Positions 19,801 through 27,989 of a stretch of DNA of 64,000 nt are shown here, in pieces. The stretch covers positions 46,140 to 110,139 of the forward strand of contig CAYUEN010000002.1 in the NCBI GenBank assembly GCA_964443745.1, in the 5' to 3' direction. Each line of letters starts with the position of its first letter. Within the stretch, counting starts at the first letter, position 1. Under the pieces are notes generated by a model, which saw only the letters and a program-made list of their open reading frames with translations, had not been told where the DNA came from and ran no database searches. The DNA comes from an uncultured Campylobacterales bacterium (GTDB taxonomy: Bacteria > Campylobacterota > Campylobacteria > Campylobacterales > QNZT01). Position numbers and translations under genes: made by a program.

Positions 19801-22800
19801 TTACATGTGATTTGAATACGACATTCGCACCGGGACAGCGGGAGATCGATCTTTTGGTAACTGCGCCCGAAACCGAACAGAATCTCACATGCAGTGCCGT
19901 TTTGACTTCCGAAATCAATAGCGATCCGACGGAGAAAAACGCGACGACGGTCGTCAAAGGAAGAGATACCCATCTGGTTTTCACGAAAGCGGAAACGGAC
20001 AAGGATCCTCTCAAGCCCAATGACGTTTTTCACTATATTCTTCAAGTGAAAAATACGGCCGATTCCGACAAGACGGATATCAATGCCACCGACGTTACCC
20101 TGCGATTCATACCGGACGAAAATCTGAGTTATCTTTCCATCGTAAGTGGCGGATGGGAGTGCAGCGGAGACAAAAATATCACCTGTATTTTACCGCTTTT
20201 GCAACCCAAAGAGATTTCTCCGCAAATCGAAATTGAATACAAAGCCGTTACACCCGGTATGGCCATTTCCGTCGCCAGCGTGCGGGCGAAAGAGTCGGTA
20301 ACGGATGAAAACACCACGATCTCGACTGAAATAAAGGAGGTCGTGGAAGCTGATGTGAAGCTCTCTATGAGCGACAATCCCGATCCCGTAGAGGGGGGAA
20401 ATCTCTATCGCTACAAAATTATCGTTCAAAATACGCATCCTTCCAAAGCGATTGAGGAGTTGAAGCTGGAGCTCAATACCACTTCCGTCGACAACTTCCA
20501 ACTTAACGGCTTCGTTTCGCACAACGATTGGAATTGTGCGCAGGTGGGCGATACGGTCCTGTGCTTGATGCGACACCCTCTCGAGGCTGATAGCAAAGTG
20601 GCGTTGACCTTGGAGGCGATCGCCCCCGTCAAAGAGACCACGATCGAAGTGAATGCGACCGTCTCGAGCCCTTATTTGAACGATCCCAATCCGTCCGACA
20701 ACCATGTTTTGGAAAAAACCAAAATCATAAAAACAGATTTTTCGGGAGATAACGTTCGGGATTTCACGAGAGTTCCCATACAGGGGGCGGAAGATGCCAA
20801 TCTCTTCGGCGACATTCTCAGTATCGGAACCCATTCTATTTGTGAAAAAGATGAAAAAGGAGAGTGCAAAGAGCCGACGTATCCCATCAACAACTACATC
20901 AGTCAGACTTATGTCAAGCTCGATACCCGATACGGAGCCAAATTTATCAATTCGACAAATGCCGAGTTGAAACTCAAACCCAACGACGATGTCATTTGGG
21001 CAGGACTCTATTGGATGGGTCGAATCGATAAAAATCAACAAGGATATCGCGCGAAAATGGAAAAAGCGTTTCGAGTCTATTTCAGGCACGAGAGCGATAC
21101 CGACTATCATGAAATTCTGAGCGAAAGAAATGCTGATGCGATCGACAATAACGGTATGCTGATTCATGGTGTTGATAAATTTAACTTCATAAACGGTACC
21201 ACCTATTTTGACTATCAAGGAATGGCGGATGTGACCGAATATGTCAGGAAATACAAAAGCGGGCGTTACTGGGTGGCCGATATTCAATCGAGTGAAGGTG
21301 ACAATTTGAGTGCGGGGTGGAACCTCGTGGTTATCGTCAGAGACACCTCCAGCGTGCCCGTCAGAGAGCTTCGCAATATCACCGTTTTCGACGGATTTCA
21401 GGGGGTCTGGAAATCATCGATGGATATCGATAACAAATACCCCGACGAGGTCAATCAAACCGTGAGAGGATTTTTGACACCCGCGGCGGGTTCGATAGAT
21501 TCAAAGTTCTATTTTTTCGCGTTCGAAGGAGATAAAACATTCAAAGATTATATTCGAATCTCCGATAAATTTGGAACGATGCACACCCTTTCGAACAGCT
21601 TGAATCCTTCGGACGACGTGGTCAATGGTACCGTGTCTAACAACGGCGTCAGCGTTACGGACAGAAATCCCTCTTTGAACAACAGTCTGGGTATCGATAT
21701 CGACGCCTTCTACTTGGGGGATGTCAACGGAACGGGAAGTGGGATCATCAACAACGCGCAGACCTCCACCGAGATTTCGATCGGATCCGACGGAGACAGA
21801 TTTTTTCTGGGTATGTTCGCCTTTTCGACCTATCTTTACGAACCGGTTTGTTATCTGCAGCGATACATGACCGAAGATTTTGCCTCCGCACTCCCTTCGG
21901 AAATCCATTTGGGAGATACCATCGGAATCGAAGTCGAAATGCGTAACAAAGAGGTTCAAGACGTAAAAAATTTCAAGACGATTGTGACTATAGATCCGAT
22001 ATTCATCGAAGACAACAGCAGTTTCGAAATCAGAAATCTCGATACCAATGGAAACCTGCAGCCCAATTACGTGTCCGATCCCGATCTCTTCCATTTCGAG
22101 AAGGTGAGCAAATCGGATGAAAATTTGACCGAAGTGACCATTCATGCCGGAAGCGGAGCGACGAAAACGAAAGGTGGAGATCTTTATGGTGAAATGAGCG
22201 TTTTTTTCAGATATAAGGTAAAAGTCGATGCGTTCAACGAGGACAACCGAACCCTCAATCTGTACGAAGTGAGTTACGAGCCGAGCAACAAAAAGATTAT
22301 GGTTCCGCCATGTTCGGATCAACAAATACTTCCCCCCATCCTTAAAAACCACACGACTGGTTTTGATGTGACGCATCACGGCGGTTTGCAAGACGGCCTC
22401 AACGACGGCTATACGAACGGGGATCACACGAAGCCAAATAACGAAAACCATCTTTTTACCCAGGTTCAAAACAGAGCTTTTTCGATCGACGTAATCGGTA
22501 TGGACGACGGTAACTTCTCCCTAGTCCGCGGTACGCCTTTTAGGGGAGTCGTTATGGTCGATCTGGTCGATTTGAATACGACCGCCTCCTGTGAGAGTTT
22601 TCCGATCCGAATGTCCGATGCCGTGAGTTTCGACGATGCGATCAGGGCGGTTGCCTCTTTCGAATATCCGGATTCTCTCAGGTACGGCGGTTTTCGAGTA
22701 CGATATCTGGTGGATAAATACGGAAGATATCTGCAGTGGGATCCGAATGGGTCGGATCTGAATCGGTTGCGTGAAATCCTGAAACTTTCGGGATATCGTG

Positions 22801-24302
22801 ACGGAAGATGTCAAAATAGTTGCGAAGGGGTTTCGGCTACGTTGAAAAGCTGCCAAGAGTGTTTATATAAAAATATCGACGATGGCGGTTTGGCGAAAGT
22901 TTCGTGTGCGACCGACTCCTTTTCCATCAAGCCAGAAAAAATTTCGCTCGATGTAAACGAAACTCCGCCTCTGAAAGGGGGTGCGCTCTATCGTCTGGAT
23001 ATCGATGCGAACGCGACTTATTACGAACCCGTGATTCTTCCGCCAAAAGGTGTTCTGGAGTATCAATTGGTAGCACCTTCCGGGTGTGCGGCTCAAGCGA
23101 CCTCCGGAAATCTCCTGAATTCCTCGCTGGTATTTACGAACGGTAAAGCCGCTCTACCCTCATTCAACTATCCGAATGTCGGAAATATCACCCTTACCTA
23201 CAAGGAGAGCTTCTGGACGCTAATCGATCAAAACAGCACCGATGCGAATATGAGCGACTGTGTCATAGGAAGCGGTTCGAACACTCCGAACGCACAGGGG
23301 AAAGTGGGATGCGACGTTGAGGGTGTTGAGAATTTCGAATTCGTTCCGGATAGGTTCGAGACGGATATCCATCTTGCGCCTCGGGTAGGAAATTTCGTCT
23401 ATCTTTCGGAAGATCCGAAGATGAGCGGCGAGCTCGATTTGACCCTCAAAGCGATGCTGGTCAATAGTGCCGGCCCCGCGACCAATTATACAGCGGGATG
23501 TTTTGCCAAAGATGTCGATTTGCGGCTCTCCATTTTACAAGAACCGCAGGATTGGAACGGACGAGGTGACGTTTATACACGTATTCGATTTTTCGGTGAC
23601 GGTAATCGCACCGTCAATACGGGATCGCTTCAAGACGGAAGTTTCAAAGTGGGGGCCGATTTCTTTAATTCCGGAATTGCGGCGAACGTGCCCGTATACG
23701 TCAATTTCCGGAGAGAGCGCTCCAAACCTCAGGAGCCTTTCACACTCCATCGAAACGATTTCAATCTTACCGTTACGGACGGAAATGTCAGCGGTGCCGA
23801 TTTCGACAGGATTTCCGATCAAACCGTTCCCTATTTTTACGGTAGAGTTCATGCAGTGGAATATCATACGTCTAAAACAGACTGCAGTGTACCGATATAT
23901 TATGAAATGTATTGTAAAGAGTGTAATAAATCTGTTTATTTGACCCAAACCAATCATGAAAGTGCAGATTCAGTACATTGGTATATTATCAATAATCTTC
24001 ATACCTCTATTTTGCAGGGAAGTGTTAAAAGTGCGATATCCCGTAACCATACCGAGATAACGGATATTAGACTAGGACATATAAGTCTTTCTCTCGGAAG
24101 TCTAAAACCACCACATAGTGACAGGATTGTTATGCATCCAGATTCCTGGCTTCTTTTTAATCCTCTCAGCGAGCATATCGTAGATCCGTCATTTTATATT
24201 CATTTTTATTCGGGTGGCAAAAAATGGGGAGGAAGAGGAGAATTGGGTCATACGCTGGATGTAAACATCTCCAAACAAGGTAATCGAAAGATGGAGTGGT
24301 AA
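16815..24302 (+). CDS. giant secreted repeat protein (2495 aa): signal peptide, PPC-like domain, 9 DUF11-type repeats, ~1190-aa unassigned C-terminal region
   Basis: Uninterrupted 7.5-kb ORF. Sec signal MRRLYSLLVFTFFALSFPLQA/AD. The repeats have a periodic (W/F)xC...C pattern. No LPXTG, RTX, autotransporter or lipobox signature was seen. Confidence 0.85.
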   Translation: MRRLYSLLVFTFFALSFPLQAADCQNPTATLSLNGILDSQRIQYPFVEGLGGGEALYYKITLSSEGRLRLQTDRDRVHSDDTVNTYGQLLDENCQEIYEDTQVQETPRYFEIDRTLEAGTYFLKVYNKVKLDDSSSSLAKGYFQVESDFTASLPEKSIDFWRTSPTTISSGEEIVYTLHIKNSGSETTNGIRIEDPFPTPQYLNFVSPVDASEWSCQTESDRVVCDLTSGEIASGETIELKLKYRADYDTEDRTVQNTTRMTATYADGSEIQKNNTRTILIKKVYPSVDISIETTLPGSGTTISSIVQNDSFDYRIEVTNTGSIDDENLTLSDLVPDSYEVESVNYDSSVWDCGVSSGQQINCRLLSPLEPSQKREIRIRAKAVGESGEQNDATTIADTIVGEVNDADSITLNIEPAYYVIAIQKSADRSTVVKGHSLRYRIEVTNGGNSELNGVRVTDIFPPELAPQEIEGDQEWDCSASDLGARKIDCTLNSPLNQNQKADFTVVAVAEKVAQNVENEAKVECDEAPDATSVATVEIVSPEPSIRLTKSAPSPVDPLESFYFSFRVENNGTESLNAVTLSDTVDSRWIIPDDWNDRVPTSWSCQRNDRSFECTCNETVLPGNEAQVLMLKMKAPYTESAITIANTAVTRGSSDAGNVENQDAASVNVRPVQIGLAFVKISDKSSVKHPETFNYTLTVFNEGNVAENNVTISDTLPEIFGDKFTVKKGAFDCTVGEGREINCRLDRLDPHMQASFEIEVEAPLVTANEVVTNYAETEGVVVIPDAPDKTVENNSSVDVTILPPDSDLRISKSSSSVKILDGEDFNYTITVKNEGLAAEYNLSVVDEIPSDLKILQISASGWSCNRSDQTVECRLSELDSAKQASDIVISVEAPSKIVADKSVRNSAIVTSSRETKGRQASATVALVSASSALEMNLLSDPVELFTKEAYRYRILLSNNSDDDIGTIHIQTRLPDEVDYRGYESDEFGCSISDRLVTCDLNTTFAPGQREIDLLVTAPETEQNLTCSAVLTSEINSDPTEKNATTVVKGRDTHLVFTKAETDKDPLKPNDVFHYILQVKNTADSDKTDINATDVTLRFIPDENLSYLSIVSGGWECSGDKNITCILPLLQPKEISPQIEIEYKAVTPGMAISVASVRAKESVTDENTTISTEIKEVVEADVKLSMSDNPDPVEGGNLYRYKIIVQNTHPSKAIEELKLELNTTSVDNFQLNGFVSHNDWNCAQVGDTVLCLMRHPLEADSKVALTLEAIAPVKETTIEVNATVSSPYLNDPNPSDNHVLEKTKIIKTDFSGDNVRDFTRVPIQGAEDANLFGDILSIGTHSICEKDEKGECKEPTYPINNYISQTYVKLDTRYGAKFINSTNAELKLKPNDDVIWAGLYWMGRIDKNQQGYRAKMEKAFRVYFRHESDTDYHEILSERNADAIDNNGMLIHGVDKFNFINGTTYFDYQGMADVTEYVRKYKSGRYWVADIQSSEGDNLSAGWNLVVIVRDTSSVPVRELRNITVFDGFQGVWKSSMDIDNKYPDEVNQTVRGFLTPAAGSIDSKFYFFAFEGDKTFKDYIRISDKFGTMHTLSNSLNPSDDVVNGTVSNNGVSVTDRNPSLNNSLGIDIDAFYLGDVNGTGSGIINNAQTSTEISIGSDGDRFFLGMFAFSTYLYEPVCYLQRYMTEDFASALPSEIHLGDTIGIEVEMRNKEVQDVKNFKTIVTIDPIFIEDNSSFEIRNLDTNGNLQPNYVSDPDLFHFEKVSKSDENLTEVTIHAGSGATKTKGGDLYGEMSVFFRYKVKVDAFNEDNRTLNLYEVSYEPSNKKIMVPPCSDQQILPPILKNHTTGFDVTHHGGLQDGLNDGYTNGDHTKPNNENHLFTQVQNRAFSIDVIGMDDGNFSLVRGTPFRGVVMVDLVDLNTTASCESFPIRMSDAVSFDDAIRAVASFEYPDSLRYGGFRVRYLVDKYGRYLQWDPNGSDLNRLREILKLSGYRDGRCQNSCEGVSATLKSCQECLYKNIDDGGLAKVSCATDSFSIKPEKISLDVNETPPLKGGALYRLDIDANATYYEPVILPPKGVLEYQLVAPSGCAAQATSGNLLNSSLVFTNGKAALPSFNYPNVGNITLTYKESFWTLIDQNSTDANMSDCVIGSGSNTPNAQGKVGCDVEGVENFEFVPDRFETDIHLAPRVGNFVYLSEDPKMSGELDLTLKAMLVNSAGPATNYTAGCFAKDVDLRLSILQEPQDWNGRGDVYTRIRFFGDGNRTVNTGSLQDGSFKVGADFFNSGIAANVPVYVNFRRERSKPQEPFTLHRNDFNLTVTDGNVSGADFDRISDQTVPYFYGRVHAVEYHTSKTDCSVPIYYEMYCKECNKSVYLTQTNHESADSVHWYIINNLHTSILQGSVKSAISRNHTEITDIRLGHISLSLGSLKPPHSDRIVMHPDSWLLFNPLSEHIVDPSFYIHFYSGGKKWGGRGELGHTLDVNISKQGNRKMEW
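16878..17264 (+). other. PPC (bacterial pre-peptidase C-terminal)-like beta-sandwich domain within the giant protein (aa 22-150)
   Basis: Pattern ALYYKITLSSEGRLRLQT ... TYGQLLDENCQEI ... LEAGTYFLKVYN resembles the PPC consensus (DyYxf...g.l.i.l...Lyd..g....aGtYyi.V). Confidence 0.5.
17292..20729 (+). repeat. nine tandem ~125-137-aa DUF11/'conserved repeat domain'-like modules (protein-level repeat, aa ~160-1305)
   Basis: First Cys of each pair is at aa 216, 353, 478, 605, 733, 864, 989, 1116, 1241. Each module has x(Y/F)x(I/L)xVxNxG...(L/V)xDxxP...WxC...xC(x)L. The DNA copies are diverged. Confidence 0.75.
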
Positions 24303-24312
24303 GAGGATAAAT

Positions 24313-24330
24313 CGCCCCCTTTTAGGGGCG
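24313..24330. terminator. short GC hairpin between the convergent giant gene and the rhodanese gene
   Basis: CGCCCC-CTTTTA-GGGGCG lies 10 nt after the giant gene's stop and overlaps the rhodanese stop codon. Possible bidirectional terminator. Confidence 0.45.
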
Positions 24331-24747
24331 TAGTCTTTCCGTCGTCGGCTGGACGACCGGTTTGCCTTTGGCGATCCATCCGAAGGTGATTCCGCCGGCG
24401 AGCTCCATCGTTTTGTCATAACCCAATTTTCGGGAGAGGAAGCGTCCGACGGTTTTGGTGCGGTTGGCGGTACGGCAGACGAGTACGAAGGGTTGGTGTT
24501 TGTCTTTGACCACTTTTTTGAATGCGCGCATCCATCTGTCGATGTCGTAACGCCCCTGATAGTCGTAGAACATGATTAGCTTGCTGCCGGGAATCACACC
24601 GGTCTCTCTCCATTCGCCCGGTGTGCGGATATCGATCACGGGGACACCTTTTTTCATCAGCTCTTCGAGTCTGGCGGAATCGATCCCCTGGAAATCCGCC
24701 ATCAAAAACGTATGCAGTACAGCTATCAGCCATAAAATCTTTTTCAT
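24322..24747 (-). CDS. periplasmic single-domain rhodanese-like sulfurtransferase
   Basis: Signal peptide MKKILWLIAVLHTFLMA. IDIRTPGEW motif and active-site loop CRTANRT. Confidence 0.8.
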   Translation of the reverse strand: MKKILWLIAVLHTFLMADFQGIDSARLEELMKKGVPVIDIRTPGEWRETGVIPGSKLIMFYDYQGRYDIDRWMRAFKKVVKDKHQPFVLVCRTANRTKTVGRFLSRKLGYDKTMELAGGITFGWIAKGKPVVQPTTERLRP

Positions 24748-24836
24748 TGTTTACCCCATTTCATGATATCTGTTTCAAAAACGAGATTGTAGCATACCTA
24801 TGTGTATTTTTTGTGAATCTTGTGTTAGTATGGTGT

Positions 24837-26648
24837 ATGCGAAAATATGAAATTCTCAAAAAAGTTTTCGGATTCGAGAAATTTCGCCCTTTCCAAGAAG
24901 AGGCGGTGGAGGCGATTTTACGGGGGCGCGATCTGCTTGTGATTCTTCCTACGGGTGGAGGCAAATCGCTCTGTTTTCAACTGCCCGCACTGATGATGGA
25001 GGGGGTGGCGGTAGTGGTGAGTCCGCTGATCGCACTGATGCAGGATCAAGTGCGCGCACTCGTCAAAAACGACATCGAAGCTGCGGCGATACATTCGGAT
25101 ATGGAAAGCGAAGAGATCAAAGAAGTCTATCGGCGGATCGAAAAAGGGAATGTGAAGCTCCTCTATGTGGCGCCCGAACGAATCACAACGGAGGGGTTTA
25201 TCGACTTTTTGCGGCGGGTGCCGGTTTCGCTTTTCGTGATCGACGAGGCCCACTGCGTGAGCGAATGGGGGCATGAATTTCGCGGAGACTATCGCAGGCT
25301 CGGACTTTTGAAGAGGAATTTTCCGAAGATTCCCGTCGCCGCTTTCACCGCCACCGCAACACCGAAGGTCGAAGAGGATATCGTCGCGGCGCTGGAGCTT
25401 TGCGAGCCTTTGTCGATTCGGGGGAAGCCCATACGCGAGAACCTCCACATCAAGACGGCCGTGCGTATCGGCAACGGTAGAAAGCAGCTGATCGATTTTC
25501 TTCGGGCTCACCACAAAGAGAGCGGAATCGTCTATACGTTCACCCGTAAAGAGGCCGAAGAGACGGCGGAATTTCTCAAAAGGCGGGGATTTGTCGCCGA
25601 AGCCTACCATGCGGGGCTCGATCCTGCCCGCAAAGTGGCGGTATTGAGGGATTTTCTCTACGACCGTATCGATATCGTCGTCGCGACGATCGCTTTCGGA
25701 ATGGGAATCGACAAAAGCGATGTTCGTTTTGTGGTTCATACCTCTTTGCCCAAAACGGTTGAAAACTACTATCAGGAGATCGGTCGTGCGGGTCGTGACG
25801 GATTGGCGAGCGAAACGCTGTTGCTGTATACCAAGGCCGACGAAGTGCAAAAAAGAGGATTTATCGATGGGATCGAGAGCGAAGCGTATCGGAATTTGAT
25901 GATGGAGAAACTTGCCGGCATGTATCGTTTCGCGGCGGCTTCACGCTGTAAACATCAGATGATCGCCGCTTATTTCGGAGAAGAGGTCGATATATGCAAA
26001 GAGCGTTGCAGCAGTTGCACGCGTTTGCCCGTCGCAGAGGTGGATATCACCGAAGAGGCACAAAAAATCCTCTCCGCGATCTATCGCACCGGCCAGCTTT
26101 TCGGACGGCACCATATTATCGATATTCTCAGAGGCTCCGGGGCGGAAAAGATAAGTCGGCTCGGCCATGACAAGCTTTCTGTCTACGGGATCGGCAAAAC
26201 AAGAGAAAAAGCCTACTGGATGGCCGTTTGCGACCGTCTTTTCGAATTGGATGCCATCGGTTACAACGCCCATTTGGGATTGAAGATCGAGCCGGAGGGT
26301 GCGGCGATATTGAAAGGAGAGAGGAGGGTGGTCATCGATTTTGAGAAAATCGCCCCTTCTAGAACCCGCATTCCCCAAAAGAGAGCTTCATACGGTACAC
26401 CCCAGAACGAAATTTTCGAAAAGTTGCGGAGCCTGCGTCGAAAAATCGCCTCCGAAGAGAATCTTCCCGCATATAGAGTCTTCAACGACAAAACCCTGCT
26501 GGAGATGGCTGAAACCCTTCCGCAGGATCCAACGCAGATGTTGCGTATCGGCGGTGTGGGAGAGGTCAAGTTCAAAAGATACGGAGAGGCGTTTTTGAGG
26601 GTATGCCAAGAGGCGAATCGAAACGAAAAAAGAACGATGCGTACATAG
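24837..26648 (+). CDS. recQ: ATP-dependent DNA helicase RecQ
   Basis: FRPFQEEAV, Walker A PTGGGKS, DEAH box (VIDEAHCVSEWGHEFR), zinc-binding Cys cluster, C-terminal HRDC. Start set at MRKYEILKK. Confidence 0.92.
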   Translation: MRKYEILKKVFGFEKFRPFQEEAVEAILRGRDLLVILPTGGGKSLCFQLPALMMEGVAVVVSPLIALMQDQVRALVKNDIEAAAIHSDMESEEIKEVYRRIEKGNVKLLYVAPERITTEGFIDFLRRVPVSLFVIDEAHCVSEWGHEFRGDYRRLGLLKRNFPKIPVAAFTATATPKVEEDIVAALELCEPLSIRGKPIRENLHIKTAVRIGNGRKQLIDFLRAHHKESGIVYTFTRKEAEETAEFLKRRGFVAEAYHAGLDPARKVAVLRDFLYDRIDIVVATIAFGMGIDKSDVRFVVHTSLPKTVENYYQEIGRAGRDGLASETLLLYTKADEVQKRGFIDGIESEAYRNLMMEKLAGMYRFAAASRCKHQMIAAYFGEEVDICKERCSSCTRLPVAEVDITEEAQKILSAIYRTGQLFGRHHIIDILRGSGAEKISRLGHDKLSVYGIGKTREKAYWMAVCDRLFELDAIGYNAHLGLKIEPEGAAILKGERRVVIDFEKIAPSRTRIPQKRASYGTPQNEIFEKLRSLRRKIASEENLPAYRVFNDKTLLEMAETLPQDPTQMLRIGGVGEVKFKRYGEAFLRVCQEANRNEKRTMRT

Positions 26649-26672
26649 AAAAATCCGGATATATCCTGCGGG

Positions 26673-26748
26673 TGGTGGCCAGAGACGGAATCGAACCGCC
26701 GACACGGTGATTTTCAGTCACCTGCTCTACCGACTGAGCTATCTGGCC
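26673..26748 (-). tRNA. tRNA-Phe (anticodon GAA), CCA-encoded
   Basis: The reverse complement folds as a cloverleaf: acceptor GGCCAGA/TCTGGCC, D arm GCTC-AGTCGGTA-GAGC, anticodon arm GGTGA-CTGAAAA-TCACC, TTCGATT T-loop, 3' CCA. Confidence 0.9.
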
Positions 26749-26792
26749 ATCATTTGGAAGTGAGAAGAAATTATACAGAAATCATTTGAAAA

Positions 26793-27989
26793 TCAACTTA
26801 AATTCTCAATCGCTTCGATGAATTTTTCCCCTCTTTGGCTGTAGGAGTCGAATTGATCGAGGCTGGCGGCAGCCGGCGAGAGAAGGTTGACGGCCCCGGG
26901 TGCGGTGTGGGCGTCGATCATAGCGACCGCTTTTTGAAGCGTTTCGCAGAGGTGAACGGGAATGTCGAATTTTCGAGCCAGGCGGGTGATCTTTCGGGCG
27001 TTGGTACCGATAGCGTAGATCGTCACTTCGTAATTGCGCATGGTATCGAAAAGCGGCTCGAGATCGGCCCCTTTGTCGTCTCCTCCCAATATCAGATGGA
27101 TTTGCCTGTCGCGGTAACTCTCCAATGCGGCGATGGTGGCATCCATATTGGTCGCTTTGGAGTCGTTTACCCAAAGGCGCCCGTTTGTATCGTAAAACTC
27201 TTCGATTCTGTGCCTGCCGATGCGGTAGGCGTTGATCAGATCGTAATCTATTTCGTCGAAGAGTATCTTGGTTACGCCCAGAGCCAACAGGGCATCCATC
27301 AAAAAAGGGCCATTGAAGCGTACTTTTTCGATTTCGATACCGAAATAGCGTGCCAGATCTTCGGCCGTTTCGTAGGGTATCTTGAATCCTTCCGTCGGCA
27401 GTGCGGCGTATTTTTTCGGCAGTATGATCGCTTCTCCCTCCCGCATCCGGGCCAGCGGTTTGAGTTTGGCCGATTCGTAGGAGGAAAAATCCCCGTGCCA
27501 GCTCAGATGATCCTCGCGTACAGGAAGAAGGAGATAGAGATCGGGTTTGGCTTTTTGGGTGTAGTGGAGGGTGAAGGAACTGGTTTCGAGTACCCATATC
27601 GGCGCATCGGGATCCATTTCGGCCAGCGGGGTGCCGATATTGCCGCCGCTGATCGCACCTTTGGAGGCGAGTAGGTGGGTGATCATATCGGTTGTCGTGG
27701 TTTTGCCGTTGGTGCCGCTGATCCAGACGGTATAGGGCATCGTATCGGCGAAAAGATCGTATTCGCTGATGAGGTGTTCGGCTTTTTGAATAAGAGGATG
27801 TGAAGGCGGTATGCCGGGGCTCGTTATTTCAAGCGTGCTCTTTCGGGGATCGAACATCTCCGCGGGGAGGTATTCGTTGCCTTTGGCATCGAAAGTGACC
27901 GCACCGAATTTGTCGTCGTAGATTTTACAGTTGCCGAATTTTTCGGCGATCGCCCGGGTCGTTTTGCCATATCCAAAAAGCGTCATCAT
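26793..27989 (-). CDS. murD: UDP-N-acetylmuramoylalanine--D-glutamate ligase
   Basis: Mur ligase ATP motif GTNGKTTT. MurD-like N-terminus and synteny downstream of mraY. Start at [10 protein letters not shown], abutting the mraY stop. Confidence 0.9.
   Translation of the reverse strand: MMTLFGYGKTTRAIAEKFGNCKIYDDKFGAVTFDAKGNEYLPAEMFDPRKSTLEITSPGIPPSHPLIQKAEHLISEYDLFADTMPYTVWISGTNGKTTTTDMITHLLASKGAISGGNIGTPLAEMDPDAPIWVLETSSFTLHYTQKAKPDLYLLLPVREDHLSWHGDFSSYESAKLKPLARMREGEAIILPKKYAALPTEGFKIPYETAEDLARYFGIEIEKVRFNGPFLMDALLALGVTKILFDEIDYDLINAYRIGRHRIEEFYDTNGRLWVNDSKATNMDATIAALESYRDRQIHLILGGDDKGADLEPLFDTMRNYEVTIYAIGTNARKITRLARKFDIPVHLCETLQKAVAMIDAHTAPGAVNLLSPAAASLDQFDSYSQRGEKFIEAIENLS

Noticed and set aside
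17433-22469. Antisense ORFs of 308, 365 and 322 aa inside the giant gene (17433-18359, 20190-21287, 21501-22469).
   Set aside because: They are embedded opposite an uninterrupted 7.5-kb ORF whose product has a clear signal peptide and periodic domain structure. Their translations are featureless.
24621-24836. The N-terminal 72-codon extension of recQ in the ORF track, which overlaps the rhodanese gene.
   Set aside because: The extension has no RecQ-like sequence and overlaps the opposite-strand rhodanese CDS and its promoter region. The conserved RecQ N-terminus begins at MRKYEILKKVFGF (24837). The same logic trimmed lgt, hemB, rsmG, murD, ribE, rpsB, fliR, nucT, feoA, nth, rsfS, gapA, lutA and lutB.
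26649-26672. The GGATATATCC palindrome after recQ as a terminator.
   Set aside because: It is only a 10-nt self-complementary AT-rich element with no stable stem-loop or U-tract. That is insufficient evidence.
16225-26792. The idea that the giant-gene region is a tRNA-Phe-associated genomic island.
   Set aside because: The tRNA is 2.4 kb away, with recQ in between. I saw no integrase, no direct repeat of the tRNA 3' end and no mobility genes. Most of the giant gene has G+C similar to its neighbours; only its ends are AT-rich.
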